DNA of 60,915 nucleotides, counting the filler. It is 6 parts of 6 records of this genome, joined end to end, with 100 filler letters (N's around TTAATTAATTAA, not from the genome) between each part and the next. Parts side by side here need not be neighbours in the genome. Positions count along the whole stretch, not along the records: positions 57,516 to 60,915 come from SRR20825010_1806; 5 more parts are not named here. One strand, given 5' to 3'. Made by a program: the position numbers and the translations under genes. The number at the start of each line of letters is the position of its first letter. Within the stretch, counting starts at the first letter, position 1. Below the pieces are notes generated by a model. It was not told where the DNA came from and ran no database searches. It was given only the letters and a program-made list of their open reading frames with translations. This document shows positions 60,308 through 60,915 of this stretch, one piece after another.

Positions 60308-60436
60308 GACCGCGGCAGAAGGCAGCGCGCGGCTGTGAGAGCATTTGCAGGGCGTTGAGAGCCGGTGGCGGACGTCACCGGCTCATTTGCCTTGGCCGTT
60401 GCGATTTCCCCATGCATCATGCGAGCCGGCAAGCCT

Positions 60437-60477
60437 GGATGAATGCCGGATGAATTTGCCGTTCAAGGCTGGTTCAA
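60437..60477. promoter_or_regulatory. Phased repeats, candidate response-regulator operator
   Basis: GGATGAAT x2 (60437, 60448) and GTTCAA x2 (60461, 60472), both with 11-nt period; the TGAA and TTCA cores are mutually inverted. Confidence 0.45.
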
Positions 60478-60531
60478 CCGGCTGGCAGCACAACGGGGCA
60501 TCACTCGATGGTCAACAAGGGGGACCGGTCC

Positions 60532-60915
60532 ATGAAAAATCTCGTTCGCAGCCTTCTCGCTCTGAGTTTCCTGTTTGCTGGCCAGGCGGTGGCCAAGGCG
60601 GAGGAAGTTTTTCTCCAGTCGGTCCAGTCCGGCAAATATGTCACCGTCGTCGGCGGCACGCTTGCCGCCGCCGCCGATGTCCGGAGCGCCAGCCGCCTCG
60701 ACACGATCCGGCTGGAAGGCAACAGGATCGCGTTTCGCGACCTTGCCACCGGCAGCTTTGTCCGCGCGGGCGTTGGCCAGGGCACCTTACTGGCCGCGGG
60801 CAGCCCGCATATCAGGGGCTGGGAAACCTTCGAGCTGATGGGGGTCAACGGACGCAACGTCGCGCTGCGGTCGGTCCAGAACGGCAAGTTCGTCCGCGCC
60901 GGCGTTGGCAAACGC
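60532..60915 (+). CDS. Secreted fascin-like beta-trefoil protein (3'-truncated, absent from the ORF track)
   Basis: RBS AAGGGG; signal peptide MKNLVRSLLALSFLFAGQAVA; repeats VFLQSVQSGKYV / IAFRDLATGSFVRAG..GWETF / VALRSVQNGKFVRAG. Confidence 0.72.
   Translation, partial: MKNLVRSLLALSFLFAGQAVAKAEEVFLQSVQSGKYVTVVGGTLAAAADVRSASRLDTIRLEGNRIAFRDLATGSFVRAGVGQGTLLAAGSPHIRGWETFELMGVNGRNVALRSVQNGKFVRAGVGKR

Noticed and set aside
60501-60911. 136-aa minus-strand ORF with an internal repeat (PTPARTNLP/PTPARTKLP)
   Set aside because: Antisense shadow of the plus-strand fascin-like gene, which has the RBS and signal peptide
1-60915. CRISPR arrays, rRNA/tRNA genes, transposases, integrases, prophage genes
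   Set aside because: I found no regularly spaced repeats and no such coding or RNA signatures by eye; a short ncRNA could have been missed

Overview
This window is not one locus. It is six unrelated contigs joined by five identical 100-nt spacers (44 N + TTAATTAATTAA + 44 N), so no synteny can be inferred across spacers. (1) 1-5379, GC-rich gammaproteobacterial: rsd/algQ, lrgB/lrgA, dsbB, an RMF-like small protein, gshA, tex (partial). (2) 5480-8922, alphaproteobacterial-like: ABC substrate-binding protein, SMP-30 lactonase, thioesterase, caiD, rfbA (partial). (3) 9023-29706, mid-GC betaproteobacterial (Burkholderiales; Limnobacter-like by my inference): prfC, TAXI-TRAP transporter, phasin-like protein, lipase, acyl-CoA synthetase, NERD-SF1 helicase, DEDDh exonuclease, tilS, accA, alkA, cysS, TPR protein, L,D-transpeptidase, cyclophilin, lpxH, cysE. 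(4) 29807-49020, an internal 19-kb piece of a hybrid NRPS-PKS cluster: C-A(nMT)-T-C-A-T / KS-AT-KR-ACP-C / AsnB-type amidotransferase / A-T / C-A. (5) 49121-57415, probably the same organism type as (3): trpD, trpC, M61 peptidase, acuI, DUF3429-like, inverted-domain photolyase, atypical SDR, enoyl-CoA hydratase, ending in a likely rRNA-type promoter. (6) 57516-60915, alphaproteobacterial: uvrD C-terminus, an AT-rich HEPN-motif gene, a LysR with a divergent 54-aa ORF, and a secreted fascin-like protein. The strongest leads are the NRPS-PKS cluster whose split module is interrupted by an amidotransferase gene, the lone HEPN insertion, the nuclease-dead NERD-helicase paired with an exonuclease, and a cyclophilin with a Tat-like leader. 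All calls come from motif recognition by eye; no searches were run.
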